From NCBI RefSeq assembly GCF_023055435.1, contig NW_025963857.1:558001-622000 (forward strand): a stretch of 64,000 nt of DNA, in the 5' to 3' direction. Position 1 is the first letter of the stretch. Each line of letters starts with the position of its first letter. The notes beneath the pieces were generated by a model. It was not told the origin of the DNA. It made no database searches and saw nothing but the letters and a program-made list of their open reading frames with translations. A program made the position numbers and the translations under genes. Shown piece after piece: positions 40,101 through 53,218 of this stretch. Source of the DNA: Haliotis rufescens. Lineage: Eukaryota.

Positions 40101-41660
40101 CCTCACGTCATTGGCTGGAAACCCAAATGTGACCCCATTATGAGCCTTAGTTTTGAGCCTTGGTTTGTCAGCACCATCAGTGCTGTGGGTTTATGAGTGA
40201 TAAACAGGGCCTGCATTGCCATAGGCTTCCCTTTCATGACAAAAGCATCTGAACTCAGAGCAAATTTACAATATGTCTGCCACTGCAAATAATGTTTAAA
40301 ACTGTCTAAAAGATAGTGTTTTTCATGGGGAGTTATAACCTTGACCCTAACCCTAATAACACACCATATATAGGCATGTATGTTGATGTGCAGAGCTTGG
40401 CATAGCAACAGAATTACAAATGGCGGGCTAACATGTAAGATCGACTGCCGCACCAGATTACTATGCCTCAATTACTTTTTCAAAATCCAATGAAGACATA
40501 TAAAATGGTTCATAACAGATTTGAGAATACTACTACTTAAAATGTTAAAACCTTACAATTAGTGAGTTTAATAAGTTGAGAACATATTGTTAACTTCTAT
40601 CTCCCATTCCCTTGCTCACTGTGTATACCACCTACCAGTCAGTGTTTGATATAAAATAAAACAAATTGCCAGGCAGCCATCAGGACCCACAGACTTTAGA
40701 AGCTTAAGACTTTGATGAAACTCTTCAGGCCCTCATCAAAAAGACTGCAACTTGTGAAAAGTAAATCAACATGTATATTTACTGGAGAACATAAGGACCC
40801 ATACAAATTTGAAACTTGAGCCCATTATACCATTATCTAGCCATTAGCCATTTGGGGGTCTGACAGTCAGGACAAGACCCTGTTTCAAGCTGGATCTTGC
40901 CTTGACTGTTGCTCTGACTCAAAATTGCAATTGTCAACAGTGTGAGCATCAATCAGTCCATATCCATACATGCAGTAATGATATACGTGGATATGTCAGA
41001 ACACAAACAATTTAAAGCGTTGGAGAATGTGTAATCTCATGGTAGCACAGCTGCTGGTTCATTGATAGTCTGTCATACAGACCGTGAAAGAAATATATTC
41101 AATACAGACCTTGCAATCTTGCAAGTCTATAATAGTTGGCAAGTCTAGATTACTGCACTTTCAGTTTCTGAAAATGAAGAGACTCTCCAGCATTAGAAAT
41201 TTGCACTAGTCCTATAGTCCTTGCCAAACTGCCCAATAGGTAAGGTATCATAAGTACTAGTAGAAATTTGTCATTATTAAAGGTTTTGCTATATGTTATC
41301 ATTATAAGGACTAGATCTAGTGGACAAAAACAGTTAGTTTCTATCGCTGCTCTCGGGTTTCCTTTTCATTATATTGTACTAACATAATTTAAAAACGTTA
41401 TTTCTGTAAAATACTGTCGATGTAGAGACTAGATGTTAGTCTAGTTCAGTGATAGAGTGTGGGTTATGTAACCTAGCTGCTAACTTGGAAATGAGAGACA
41501 ACTCACCTTGCCCGCATCGATGTTGCCATAACGACTCTAAACTAACTAAATCTCTACACTGTTTACTGACAAGAGCAACCGTAGCGAGATCTGACGATGA
41601 TAGAAATTTCAGTACATGAGCAATTAATTCAGGTGGCAGTTGTAAGATATTGAGTGTCAT
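31103..41660 (-). CDS. FBXO31: F-box only protein 31, 9 coding exons, about 396 aa
   Basis: Exons on the minus strand: 41660-41507, 39862-39803, 38640-38564, 36721-36548, 35977-35903, 34388-34282, 32846-32687, 31778-31555, 31262-31103. Phases are consistent and the total is 1191 nt. There is an N-terminal F-box ([15 protein letters not shown]) and FBXO31-specific motifs [46 protein letters not shown] and IAGHGFTNP...[17 protein letters not shown]. Confidence 0.95.
31484..31570 (-). repeat. 41-bp duplication containing the FBXO31 exon-8 donor
   Basis: CTGTGTGTAGAGCAAG|GTAAGG occurs twice on the minus strand. Confidence 0.9.
32826..33862 (-). repeat. 82-91-bp tandem array containing the FBXO31 exon-7 acceptor, 12 copies
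   Basis: CTTCCCTTCCACAG|ATGCTCCTACCCCATGATGC is repeated. Length variation comes from an internal (GAGT)n. Confidence 0.95.
34448..34996. mobile_element. MITE with about 70-bp imperfect TIRs; partial relative at about 27225-27632
   Basis: CATCTT...GGCAAGGGAGTTAACTG...AAAAGTCCA...CCACCCTTGC is inverted at the other end. The internal sequence is shared with 27.2-27.6 kb. Confidence 0.72.
35541..35692 (+). mobile_element. SINE family A copy (FBXO31 intron)
   Basis: Family A sequence; TSD TTCTTAGAAAAGT. Confidence 0.88.
36853..37185. mobile_element. Tc1/mariner-pogo-type MITE, second copy
   Basis: Same TIRs, TA TSD and internal sequence as the 21333 copy. Confidence 0.85.
37741..38569 (-). repeat. 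45-bp tandem array containing the FBXO31 exon-3 donor, about 18 copies
   Basis: The unit on the minus strand has TTGACATTAAG|GTAGGGTTG, matching the exon end TTGATATTAAG|GTAGGGTTG. Confidence 0.93.
39620..39783 (+). mobile_element. SINE family A copy, diverged (FBXO31 intron 2)
   Basis: Family A similarity with an (ACTC)n tail, ending about 20 bp from the exon-2 donor. Confidence 0.82.
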
Positions 41661-42207
41661 ACTCCAGACTGTTTGTTTACATTGTCAGTAACTTCCGGAC
41701 AGTAGTTACAAAAAGTTGGAATTGACTCCGTACAGCGACGATGCAGGTGCTTGGAGTGTAAGCTCCACACCACCGCCGCCAATATTAACGTCCGTTCTTC
41801 ATCAACTTTGTTCATGCGAAGGGAGTTTGCTGGAAGAGCTTATCAGCGTAGCGCTGTTTCGAGCTTGGATAACAAACTTTATCGCGCGAGTTCCGGGAGA
41901 TTCGAAGGCTCACACGGGAGTGTTTACAGTCAATACTTGGTCAACGGTGGGCCATTATACTTTTCTTGATTTTGTAAAAGGTCGGGCCATCAATTACCCT
42001 AATTATGTTAAAACTTTATCAACGAATCGAAACGGCGCCATGCACTGCCCCGTTGCTCTTCATTGAAACAATGAAAATATAACCCTCATCGAAATCTGGA
42101 AAATACGGCAATCAACAGATCAAAATGAAACAGTAACTTGCAGTTCTATGATCTACTAGCCTATCAAATTTCTACATTGCACACACGCTAAATGTTGTGA
42201 TACACGT

Positions 42208-45200
42208 TAGGGCTGGGACGAGTCCGAATTTACTACCCGGGTACCCTACCCCCTATATTACCCGACCCTACCCGGGTAACCCACTGTAGGTCACAAGAGA
42301 TAGGTACTATAGTAGGCATATAGTCAGAAAGAAATGCGAACATTTGTGACTTGTAGTGTGTTCATAGAGTTCTTGATACCTTTTGTCATTATACAATATA
42401 TCACATGACAAACCACGGGTCCGGGTACTCCTGTGGGTACCGCCCAGCAAACAATTCTACGTTGTGACAACGTTGTGACAACGTTGACTTTTCGTTGCTA
42501 CAACGTTGTGATGTTACGTTGTCACAACGTAATTCTGTAGACTCCCAGATTGGTTGCTACAACGTTGTGCGTAAACCAAAATACAACCAAATCAAGACGT
42601 TGTCACAACGTCCATTTTTTACGTTGCTACAACGTTTAACCAAAACGTCGCGACAACGTACCAGCCAACAATTCTACGTTGTTACAACGTTGTGACAACG
42701 TTTACTTTTCGTTGCTACAACGTTGTGATGTTACGTTGTCACAACGTAATTCTGTAGACTCCCAGATTGGTTGCTACAACGTTGTGCGTAAACCAAAATA
42801 CAACCAAATCAAGACGCTGTCACAACGTCCATTTTTTACGTCGCGACAACGTAGGTATCGCATACTGTTTACATATGGCGACACTACAGGCATTGCAGCA
42901 CGTTGTTGCAATGTCCATGTAGATTAACGCCTGTTTTATTCCTCAATACCCCCCAGGCAGCCTGAAAAGTTTGTACCAATCTAGTTAAGACGTCAGGTAC
43001 CAAGAAATACATTCTGCAAACTGAATTCACTTTAACCCTATCCATGAAACAGCAAGTCAATGAAATGCACTCTCTTTTGGCAGAGTTTGAAATACGGCCA
43101 AGATATAAATCTAAATTTTTTAAATTACATGTACAATTTGGTAATATAATATTCATTTTCCAAAACAATTTTCAAGGCTATGTGCAAATTGTTCACAAAT
43201 GTTTCAACACAATTAAAAGATATTGGATTTTCCCACGAATTTGCAAATTAAAAACCATCAAACAATAAGCCCTGCACAAATTGAAACATTTAAATTTTCT
43301 TGGCCTTACCTCATACATTCAGCATTGAGAGCAACACTGTGACAAACAGAATAGTCTATGCATCTGATGTCCTAAGATCCATTAGGTAAACGAAATGACA
43401 ATAGAATTCTGGTTGAGATGACCTTTATTTATTTGTTAAATGACAAGTCAGAACATGGGCTGACTTGCTGGGGAGCCTTTTCAGTCCTCAAATGAAAAGC
43501 CACCGGGATGATCTTCAACTGTATCCTCAGTCTCTCCTTATGCCTTGGTAACTGAATAAAAAATGACACAAATGTTATAAAATGGCAAGGCAAGGGACAT
43601 ATTTCTGACATAACAAAATAACGGTTGCATTCCCCAAAATAATGTTTTGATGTCTGATGTCAGTCTTTAAACTGTTAAAAACTGCTGAAAGTGCGAAGGC
43701 GCTGACACTAATACCATGATGCTCTTGGATCATACATAAGCAGAAAAGCTTTTAGCACTGAATCATTGGTGTAACTTTATACCCCCGCCCTTTTAGATTG
43801 TGGGTATAATTAAATAAGAATCATCTAAATTTTAATTCTTGAAGATGTTTGTATATATTATTGAATCAGACATACCTTTCTGTCAGTGATATGTACTTTA
43901 AACAAATACGCTCCCACAATACTGTTTTCTCCACCTGAAAGAAAAACAGAAACCACAAAGTATCACATTCTTAAATAAGCCAGTACTGTATAGATAAATC
44001 CCATTTACTTAGACTAATAGAGTATGATGTAACTGATAGTAATATTGGCAAATAGTTTTATCAGTCAACAGATCAACTGTAGTTTTTCAAAAGCAGTAAC
44101 TTTACCTTTCTGCTGTACACTCAAACTAGTGATTCAAGTGAATATCATGGCCAAGTTTCTAAAACCTTATTTGAAAAATATGTACATAAATGAAAAATAT
44201 ATATTGCCAAATAAAATAAATAGTTCCCATATTTGAAGCAAGAATGTTGAATATGAATTATGAATTGGCCCACCAATAAGTGATAAAAGTGTTAACACTT
44301 TGGGGTATTTATCCTAATTAAAACTGTGATTTTTTTTAATACTTAGATCTACCTTAATATTTTCCATATTAATATGCCAGGATAGTTATATATGTTCTAA
44401 CATTTACAAAGATTAGAAACATGGGGAAATAAACAAAATGCAATAGCTTATACAATACCAGACGAAGTTGAAACAGCTCTAAATATTTATTGAAATTTAT
44501 TTGTCACTACGTTTATTAACATAGATCTAATACAGTTAAATATCGTTAAATATAATTCTGTAGTATGGTAGCCTACGTGGCAACATATGCAGATCGAAAA
44601 CCGAAAGAATATGGTTGCTATCAATTCCATTGTATTTTTCATTGGTGCACATTGGCTACACCTATCTCACTTTAATAATCAACAAACGATGACCAACTCA
44701 CTGACAATATATGGTGATATTTAACTTTTGACTATCGACTAGCTTATCATCACCAGAGAGGACAATACCGCAAACACCCCGTTATAGCGCGCGACGAGAG
44801 ACTCGTTTTACTTTTGCTCGTTTTCATTAGAAAGGAGTCGGACATAGATCTAGTTATCGGAAAATGATGAATTGATTCTTTTTTCGGAAATAATAAAAAT
44901 ACACATGATAAGCACCTTGCTATGACAAACTTTATAGACAGCAGCAACAACCTGATGATCCACATTTAGGCTACTTCAGTCAGTGCTAATTAGGCCTTTT
45001 CGGAAACATCAAGTATGTTTCTGTCTCTTCCCGAAAATACGATTTTTTTCATAACATCATTGATCACTTTAGACTAGGGCTATAACTAGCAGCCTACAGA
45101 GAGTCGATCTGAATACTTCCATTGTTTTGATTCCCTCTTTTCGCTGTATAAGAGAAATCTACTTAACCTTTCCCATGGCCTGGATGAGCCACATTGTTGC

Positions 45201-47153
45201 ACAAAAATCAAAGTCAGAAGATTAGTACATGTAAACTTTAAATAGTAATGATTTCAGAAATAACACAGAAGAAATGGCGATAACTGTCAGTGCGGTCAGT
45301 AGGCGATGCATAAGTTAGGCCTATTTACAAATCTACACTCTTACGAACGAAACCCGAACATAATATGACGGCCACAAAACGCCACCAGATTGAATTCTGG
45401 TCAAAAATATACCGCTTGCCCTTGGCAATTACCCTTGGTATCCATAAAATAATAATATGGAAAAAAGTCTTGGGCCCCCTTCACCTCTATCATCAAGTTC
45501 TGTGTATCATATTAATATCAACACTGACGCTCAGTGAAAATGACCGGCAAACTGCATTCTTAACCCTGCCACTTCTGAATAATACGATACATTTAGATCA
45601 TTTGACGCACTGCATGCACAGAAACATATCAACAAGCGGAGACTATTTTTGAAAAATTAACTTACCTCAATCGAATTCACAGATCATCTGTCCAGTTCCA
45701 GTTGCTGCACAATCACTTGCTTGTAATATATTATGTCCAGAGTGAGTTTGAGCTAAGATGGCTGGTGACAGCAAATCTTCCGCGACAATGTGACGTCATT
45801 CTGACGTCACTTCACGAGGCAACAGGCTAAACTTTTCTGCAGTCGCTCTCACGCCGCAAAAAATACGCGCCAATTGTTTTTAACTGTAATATTGCTTGTG
45901 ACAACATTTAGTTCGTTAATAGAATATATGTTTAAAAAAAATAACACTAAGAGATGGTAGATCTACAAGTGGTTTCCTTAACATCATTTACAAAAAGTAC
46001 TGTAATGTCCAAAGCACAACGTTATCACAACGTTAATTTGCAACGTTGTTGTAACGTTGTCACAGATATACGCAATTACGTTCTCGAAATATTAGTATTA
46101 AGAGATGAAAATTCAAATGCCGAATATATAGAAAGGTAATGCATTACTAACTTGGTTTTCTGACAAATTCATGTTGATTTTGATAAAGCAGCTCTATTCC
46201 TTCTATTCTATTCTATCGAGAAGCAAACTCAATAACGTTTCACCGACGTTTCAGAAACGTAGTTACAAAACGTTGTGTGATGTCCAATGCACAACGTTTT
46301 CACAACGTGAATGTGCAACGTTGTTATTACGTTGTGAAATAACGTTGCAGGTCGACGTTAAAATAACGTTGTTACAACGTTATATCACGACGTTACCAAT
46401 CCACAACCTTTCAACAACGATGGAAGTGCGAATCATGCATGTATGGCGAAAATGTTATTGTCATTGTTTGTTGTTTAATCGCCTCTTACGACAAGCACGG
46501 GTTGCTGAAAAGTGAAAACCAAATCTAACATTATTGTAATTTTTTATGCCAAAATGTAGTTTATTTCGAGTAAACACCTTTGTTTTTACGCTTTTCGCGA
46601 TGAAGACTATTTGACGTCGCACCAACGTATGAGAAACGTTGTCATCATAACGTTGCATGGCGCCCGATGCACAACGTTTCCACAACGTAATTTTGCTACG
46701 TTGTGATTACGTTGTCACATAACGTTGGAGTGACGTGATAATAAGGTGTTTACACAGACTTTAGTTTATTTACGAGATGGAAATCCTGATTCCGAAGATA
46801 TAGGTAAATAATGAATTACTGCCTTGTTTTTGGCAGAAATTGTGTCGATTTGTATGTAAAACTTTTGTTCATACAATTTTCGTTAAGGCGACAGTTGACG
46901 TCGCACCAACGTTTCAGGAACGATGTAACAAGACGTTGGGAAATATTCGATGAACAACGTTTTCACAACGTAAAAATGCAACGTTGTTATTACGTTGTGA
47001 AACGACGTTGCACAGTGACGTAATAATAACGTTGTGACAACGTTGTATCACTACGTAACCAATTCACAACTTTACCACAACGTTGTGAAAACGTAGTGTG
47101 TTAGCTGGGCGGGGTCCTACTCAGGAACTACCCGAGTTACCCATCCAGCCCTA
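42208..47153. mobile_element. hAT-type MITE (about 280 bp) split by the EnSpm insertion
   Basis: TIRs TAGGGCTGG / CCAGCCCTA, ACCCG/CGGGT subterminal motifs on both halves, and an imperfect 8-bp TSD ATACACGT / GTACACAT. Confidence 0.75.
42443..47109. mobile_element. Non-autonomous CACTA/EnSpm (CMC)-type DNA transposon, about 4.67 kb
   Basis: Termini CCCAGCAAACA... and ...TGTTAGCTGGG, flanked by a 2-bp CG duplication (42441-42, 47110-11). Dense subterminal ACAACGTTGT palindromic repeats lie at 42455-42910 and 46015-47095. No transposase ORF is seen. Confidence 0.8.
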
Positions 47154-47584
47154 GTACACATACTTCAGTACTAAAGGCAAAATAAAGCTGCCAAGTGCAT
47201 GTTTGCATTGAGTGGTATTTTGTCCATGCTGTAGTGTGAAAAGTAAAAAAAATAAATCTTAATTACGATTTGTACAATGTCTTGAAACACCAATAAATAA
47301 GATTCAATTTGGGAAGTCGGACAATATGTTTGTGTTAAGATGCGTGATAAAATAAGAAATGGAAAATAATTTCAGCGAAGATAGTTTATGTTTAACTTAT
47401 TTTCACCCTATCATGTACATGTTGTAGATTATATGTGTTATTAAGTCAATATTTCATTGTCCTGATGGAAGGACATTTTCCACACAAAGTTTGCAATATG
47501 TATACATTCAAACATTTGCTTGAAACTGGACATTCTTATTTAAAGTATATTAATTTAGTAACATTTGTTTGGTGTTTTATCCAG

Positions 47585-48900
47585 ATGCCACGATACAAAA
47601 AAGGATTGATTGGAAGGCGACCTAAGCGTGCTGGCAAAAAGTCACAAACCCTAGATCCGCAATCATCCCTAGAGGATCCAGCTACGCCCACCACACATCA
47701 TGAAGACCACACTTACACAGTATCTCAACCAGTTGTGTTTGATGACAACACGTAAGTACTTTGAGTATTACTGTCTTAACTAGAATTGTGTATTAATCGA
47801 ACAGGAACATGGTAAGGGAGCAATTAATAATCAACATGCGTACCCTCACATTAGTTTAGGGACATATGATGATGTCTGTATTTTGTAATTTGTGTTTCAG
47901 TGTTCGACAACTGCAGAGGGCTGAGGCGTGGGCAGAGTTTTACATCAGCCCAGTTGAGTGCCCTGAAGAACTAAGAGAATCTCACAGTCCTGAGAAATCA
48001 ACAGATTCTGACAATTGTTCTGCCGATGAGTTTTATGTCCTTGCGGGAGAGATGCACCAGTATAACCATGAAAACAATCTTGATGATGTTGTCAGTAGCA
48101 TTCTTCATCACAGAAGATACAAACAATATTTATCTTTGAAAAGGGCTTTGTTTGAGGAGTATGAGCAACTTGGAGACTTCACAGTTATTCGGGCCAAAGA
48201 GGATGTAATTACACTGGTTCAGTTCTATGACGGTTCTGAGTTGGCTTTGAAACTGTCAGTGACAATCACGCCGTCACTACTGGCATCCATCTCGGTCCAC
48301 AGACAGAAAATCCAACAGGATCATGATTTCTGGATTGGCTTGCCCAAGTTCTTGTCAACTGTAACTGATGTTAAGAAACTTTTATCAAAGTTGTCCTCTT
48401 TCCAAGTTTGCCCTGGTAATTATGAGGACAAATTCAGCCACCTGGTGCCAATAGGTGTTGGGTTGAGTCAGGCAGTTGCTTCTGGCATGTCCGCATACAG
48501 AGAGGGGGACTTTGGAGTAAACACCAACGGCATCCAGTTCAGCTCGACCGTTAGGTCAACAAGTTGTGCCCTGTTGGTGTTTGGGAAAATGAGATGTGGT
48601 CATTGTTGTAGATATCGGTCTACCCTCAGGAAAAATCTGTCCCGGGAAAGTTTATCTCCTAAACATTGTCAGCCACAACCTGATAAACTGTCTCATAAGA
48701 CGCATAAACACATGACGAAACTAGAACTTGTGCACAAATATAAAATTATTAAAACTCATAATCAGTCACTTAAGAGTGAGCTGGATCAACTGAGAGGGAA
48801 AGTGTACAATACAATGTGAAGCAAAGGGCTCAAGCTACATGATTCTAATGATCAAGACTTAAGAGACATGCCGGAAGAATACAGTTCTGTGACACAGAAG
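47585..48900 (+). pseudogene. Truncated P-element/THAP9-like transposase N-terminal region (2 exons, about 361 aa to the stop at 48819)
   Basis: Exon 47585-47751 (GTAAGT donor) splices in phase to 47901-48819. It contains a basic N-terminus, a DHTY HCF-1-binding-type motif, a CPGN..D.F / TVRS..C.LL....C..C..YR..LR Cys cluster and a coiled coil. I associate this pattern with invertebrate P-element-like transposases. The frame continues past TGA (SKGLKLHDSNDQDLRDM) and then similarity is lost. No DDE/RNase H domain is visible. Confidence 0.6.
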
Positions 48901-48959
48901 CGCTTGTTCTGTTCAGAGATGAAAGTTGCGGGTTCATATGCCCTAGAACCTAGCAGGAC

Positions 48960-49309
48960 CACCTCTGTTGTCAAGTGGTAGAGAATCTACCCAGAGAGTT
49001 GAAAGTCCGGGGTTCGATCCCTGGCCGCGTCATACCAAAAGCTGTCAAAAGCTGGTACTTGTTGTTACCCTGTCTGTTTGCTCAGCATTAAGGGGCTAAA
49101 ACAAGGACTGGTCGGCTTGGAGTCAGTATACTGTGTCCGGGTGGGGTATTCATGTTAAACTGCAGCATGGTATCTCAGTGAGCTAGCACTATAAATCGGC
49201 ATCAGTCCGGATTAGTACAAGCAGCCACACACACACACACGTGTATGCACGTCGCTATATCAGTACAATATTCTTGGAAGCGATGTTAAACCCCATTTCA
49301 CCTCACCTC
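48960..49309 (+). mobile_element. SINE family D (tRNA head, probable Meta-domain, internal (CA)n, (CACCT)n tail)
   Basis: GGTTCGATCCC B-box followed by GTCATACCAAAAG...CAGCATTAAGG...CAGTGAGCTAGCACTATAAA. This resembles MetaSINE bodies (from memory). A second copy lies at 52882-53218(-). Confidence 0.78.
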
Positions 49310-49528
49310 AGCCTATCAGTGCTTGAACTTACATGATATATGTTCAATATGTTACACAAGGCCTTTTAATCATGTTCGTTGTTAAGGTGTTCAGTGAAAA
49401 TAAAGTAATTAAGAACCGATGACCTGAGATGCAGTTGCATGTATTTCATTAACATGTCTCGTGAAAACAGTCCACCAGCATATGAAGGGGCACCAATCTC
49501 TGGCTTCTTCTCGGCTGTCTGACACTGC

Positions 49529-49693
49529 TGGGGCGGTCGGGTAGCCTAGTGGTTAAAGTGTTGGCTCATCACGCCGAAGATCCAGGTTCGATTCCCGACA
49601 TGGGTACAATGTGTGAAGCCCATTTCTGGTGTCCCCTGCCGTGATATTGCTGGAATATTGCTAAAAGCGGCATAAAACCATACTCAGTCACTC
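49529..49693 (+). mobile_element. SINE family A copy
   Basis: Family A sequence; TSD TCT(G/A)ACACTGC. Confidence 0.88.
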
Positions 49694-51727
49694 TAACACT
49701 GCCCGCTAGGACTCACTAGCTGCCGTGAGTCGATTTGTTCGCTAAAGCAACTGAGCGTGACAAGAGACTGGGCTACTGTCTGTAAGGACACCTAAATAAA
49801 CTTTGAGGCAATATCTGTTTTATGCATTTTTGAAGACTGATTGGTTACTCGTGATCTATGAAGATTTTGACAAAGGGTACATGTTAATTAATTTCTTCAG
49901 CCTAAAGAAACAGACCAAGAGAACGGTGGAAGCTCATCGGATGTCCTTATTTGGAAATACCCCTGATGGTTATGGTTTAATAATAATATAAAAAAAGTAT
50001 CTCTGCAATGAAAGCCTTTTCAGATTTCGGATTGCACGGATAATAAGATTGCCATCTCTTGTTGTCATCCATGTTTCCTGGTATAACCCTACACTTGTGT
50101 ATTTGTTGTCACTTGAAGCTCAGTTAATGAATTTATTACAAGTATAATTAGTGGTAGCACCACTCAAATTACCTGACTAAGATTCCCAATTGGCATTTCT
50201 TGTGTCTGGAGTAATTATTTAGTCTGAATCCAGGTTTGAAGTTGGGTGAAATGATTGTTATGTGATATGCACGTGGCAGCCCAGCAAGAGTGATCAGTTC
50301 ATTTAATCTTTTCGTGAATCAACTGATCATTCCTCGCCATCAAAAGATCAACAGAAAATATATGTTGATTGATTAATCACTGTTATCTTGCACAGTGGAT
50401 TTGTCAAAAGTAAGTTTACTAAAGCAGACCCATATCTGGACATAAAGTGCCGATGTAAAAACAACATACTTTGTTCAAAGGATGAACTTATAAAGAATGA
50501 TTGGTTGTTCATTGTTATCTAACTGTTTTTTTAAAGAACCGTGGACATTATGAAAATAGTTGTCACGTGGGCTTTCTCAGCCGACCTTTGAGACTTGACA
50601 CCTATGCGAAACACCTGAAACAAACTGAGTCATTAGTTGAGAAACAAACACGGGTTATAATATCGCTATATATATTTTAAGATATTTCATTGTTACAGAG
50701 ACGTGTGACATCAAATAAGTTTATTTGTACCTTGTATTATGTGGATATTCACGGATACATTCCTCAAACAAGGTAACTGTCTAAATTTATACATACAATG
50801 TATGTATGTACAAACTTTGGTAGATTGTAATTATGTAATTATGATATTTGCATTTTGTTTTCATTCATTTGCTGTTGCATTGAATAGAATCATTCTTGTT
50901 CCGCTACATTTTTGTTGGGAAATTCTTCGATGCGAGACATACGTTGTTTTCACAAGCCTTTTTGCTTGTAGACGTGTATATGTTACAGTCATTAATGTGT
51001 AAAATTGGATTCACTCAGGCAATTCATAGAATGTTTAAATATTTCAGTAATTTACAAATTGACTGAACTTATTTAACAGCTTGAATAAAAATAATTAAGA
51101 GGTTCAAAAGACCTTAAAACATCACAATAGACTATTTATGCTAGGATTAGAAGCCCAATCTACAGAAATGTACTTTGAATTTCCTTTTCTTTTAATCCTA
51201 TCACTTAGAGTCACTGGGTGATGACATTAAACATCAAAATGTTTTCATTATAACATAAATAGACACTTTTCAGTCAATTTGTGAAATAACTGAATATTTA
51301 GGTGTTTAATAAATTGCCTAAGTGAAAACGTTAAGACATTTTGAATATAAAATATACACAAAATAAAATAAGCAATGCTCAGGGGAAATATTTTCTTTGT
51401 GTTGCAAGGCAAAATAGTGTCAATGAAAAGAGCACAATACCAAGCAAGTGACTCATCAAAACTTTGTCACCATTACGTATGCAAAGATACTTACATGTCG
51501 TTATTATTTTCAAGACTAAACTGTATTTCAGTTTGTTGATCAATGTGACCATACGCACTTACACAATCAATAAAAGCGACAAATGCGCTTAGGAATGACG
51601 CAACACAGGTTGCAAACTTGTCTAGATTTTTCCTATATCATCTAGGTACTCACAAGGAAAAAAACAATAACAAAGGCAACAACCAGTCCCGTGGAATTGC
51701 TCAAGATCAATAGGAACAGCGCAAACA

Positions 51728-51980
51728 CGTTCGTTTCTTTGTTTAACGCCGCACTCAGCAATATTCCAGCTATATGACGGCGGTCTGTTAATAATCAAGT
51801 CTTGACCAGACAATCCAGTGATTGACATGATGAGCATCGGTCCACGAAAATGGGATAAGATGACATGCATCAACGAAGTCAGTAAGCCTGACCACCCGAT
51901 CCCGTTAGTCGCCTCGTATGATAAGCATAGTTGCCTATTATGACAAGCTTGGGTTGACCTCTTCTATCCCGGATCTTCAA
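51728..51980 (-). mobile_element. SINE family B copy
   Basis: Reverse complement of family B. Confidence 0.85.
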
Positions 51981-52881
51981 GGATCACGAACAGCTCTCAA
52001 ACATCGGGTATTAATACACATATGATATGAGCTGAAAATGTTTTGTTGTTTTTGGTTAATAAAAGCAGTCAGGGTGTGTACTTTCTTTTGTACTTCAGTT
52101 TAACATGACTTAAGGCATCGGACGTTGTAGTCCTGATCAATCAACAATTAAGGTCATATGACGATCATTGTTCTAAGATCATCTTGATTGTACCAAACAT
52201 TGAGAAACATGACACCAAAGGCAGTAGCTGCTGGAATTCTACTCCCGATAAAGGGAAAGTTGACAGTTGGAAAGTATGTCACCCTGAATCTTTATGCATA
52301 GATCTAAATAGGAAACAGGTGAGGCCTGATGTAACACGTTAAAAATGTTCAGGTCTGTCGAATGCTTAATTAACCTGGTCCATATACAATCAGGTATTAT
52401 AAACCGCCATGAATTAGCTAGAAGATCATACAGACCGCAGTCGCTCAGTTGTAAATTGTAATTACTCTAAATTCCAGGTACATTGTCATATTTCAAATTC
52501 AACAAATGGTATTTTTGGTAACTGGGTATTTCAATTAAAAAAACTAAACTGTCTATTGATTGGTTCATGGGAATTTATGTTGTACACAGCATTACAATAT
52601 TGCGGCCAGTTGTCATTCTACTGAGATGATCCATTTAAAAAAATTAAATATACGCAGAGAAGGGGTGAATACCTGACTAGCCAGACGGTCCATCTACTTT
52701 ACATTTCAGCAAGCCCTTTGTAATTTTAACTGACCATGGGCCAATGGGCCAGCAGTTAAATCAAACTCTGGACAGACTGTCTTTCAGAAAAATTAATTGC
52801 TGCACTGATACTGCCTCCCTCTGACACCTGAGAGCAAGAGTTACCTCTGTGGTTTTAGACCTGTAAGCCTTAAAGGTACAG

Positions 52882-53218
52882 GTGAGGTGAGGTAAGGTGA
52901 AATGGGGTTTAACGTCGCGTCCAAGATTATTGCACTTATATAGCGACGTGCATGCACGTGTGTGTGTGTGTGTGTGTGCGCGCGCTTGTACTAGTCCGGA
53001 CTGATGCCGATTTATAGTGCTAGCTCACTGAGATACCATGCCGCAGTTTAACATGAATATCCCACTCAGACACAGTATACTGACTCCGAGCCGACCAGTC
53101 CTTGTTTTAGCCCCTTAATGCCGAGCGCCAGACAGGGTAACAACAAGAACCATCTTTTAACGTCTTTTGGTATGACGCGGTCGGGGATCGAACCCCGGAC
53201 CTTCCGCTCTCCGGGCGG
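52882..53218 (-). mobile_element. SINE family D copy, 5'-truncated
   Basis: Reverse complement of the 48960 copy; TSD CCTTAAAGGTACAG. Confidence 0.82.

Noticed and set aside
41716-42066. 116-aa and 72-aa ORFs upstream of FBXO31
   Set aside because: They have non-ATG starts and no recognisable domain, and likely represent CpG-rich promoter or 5' sequence.
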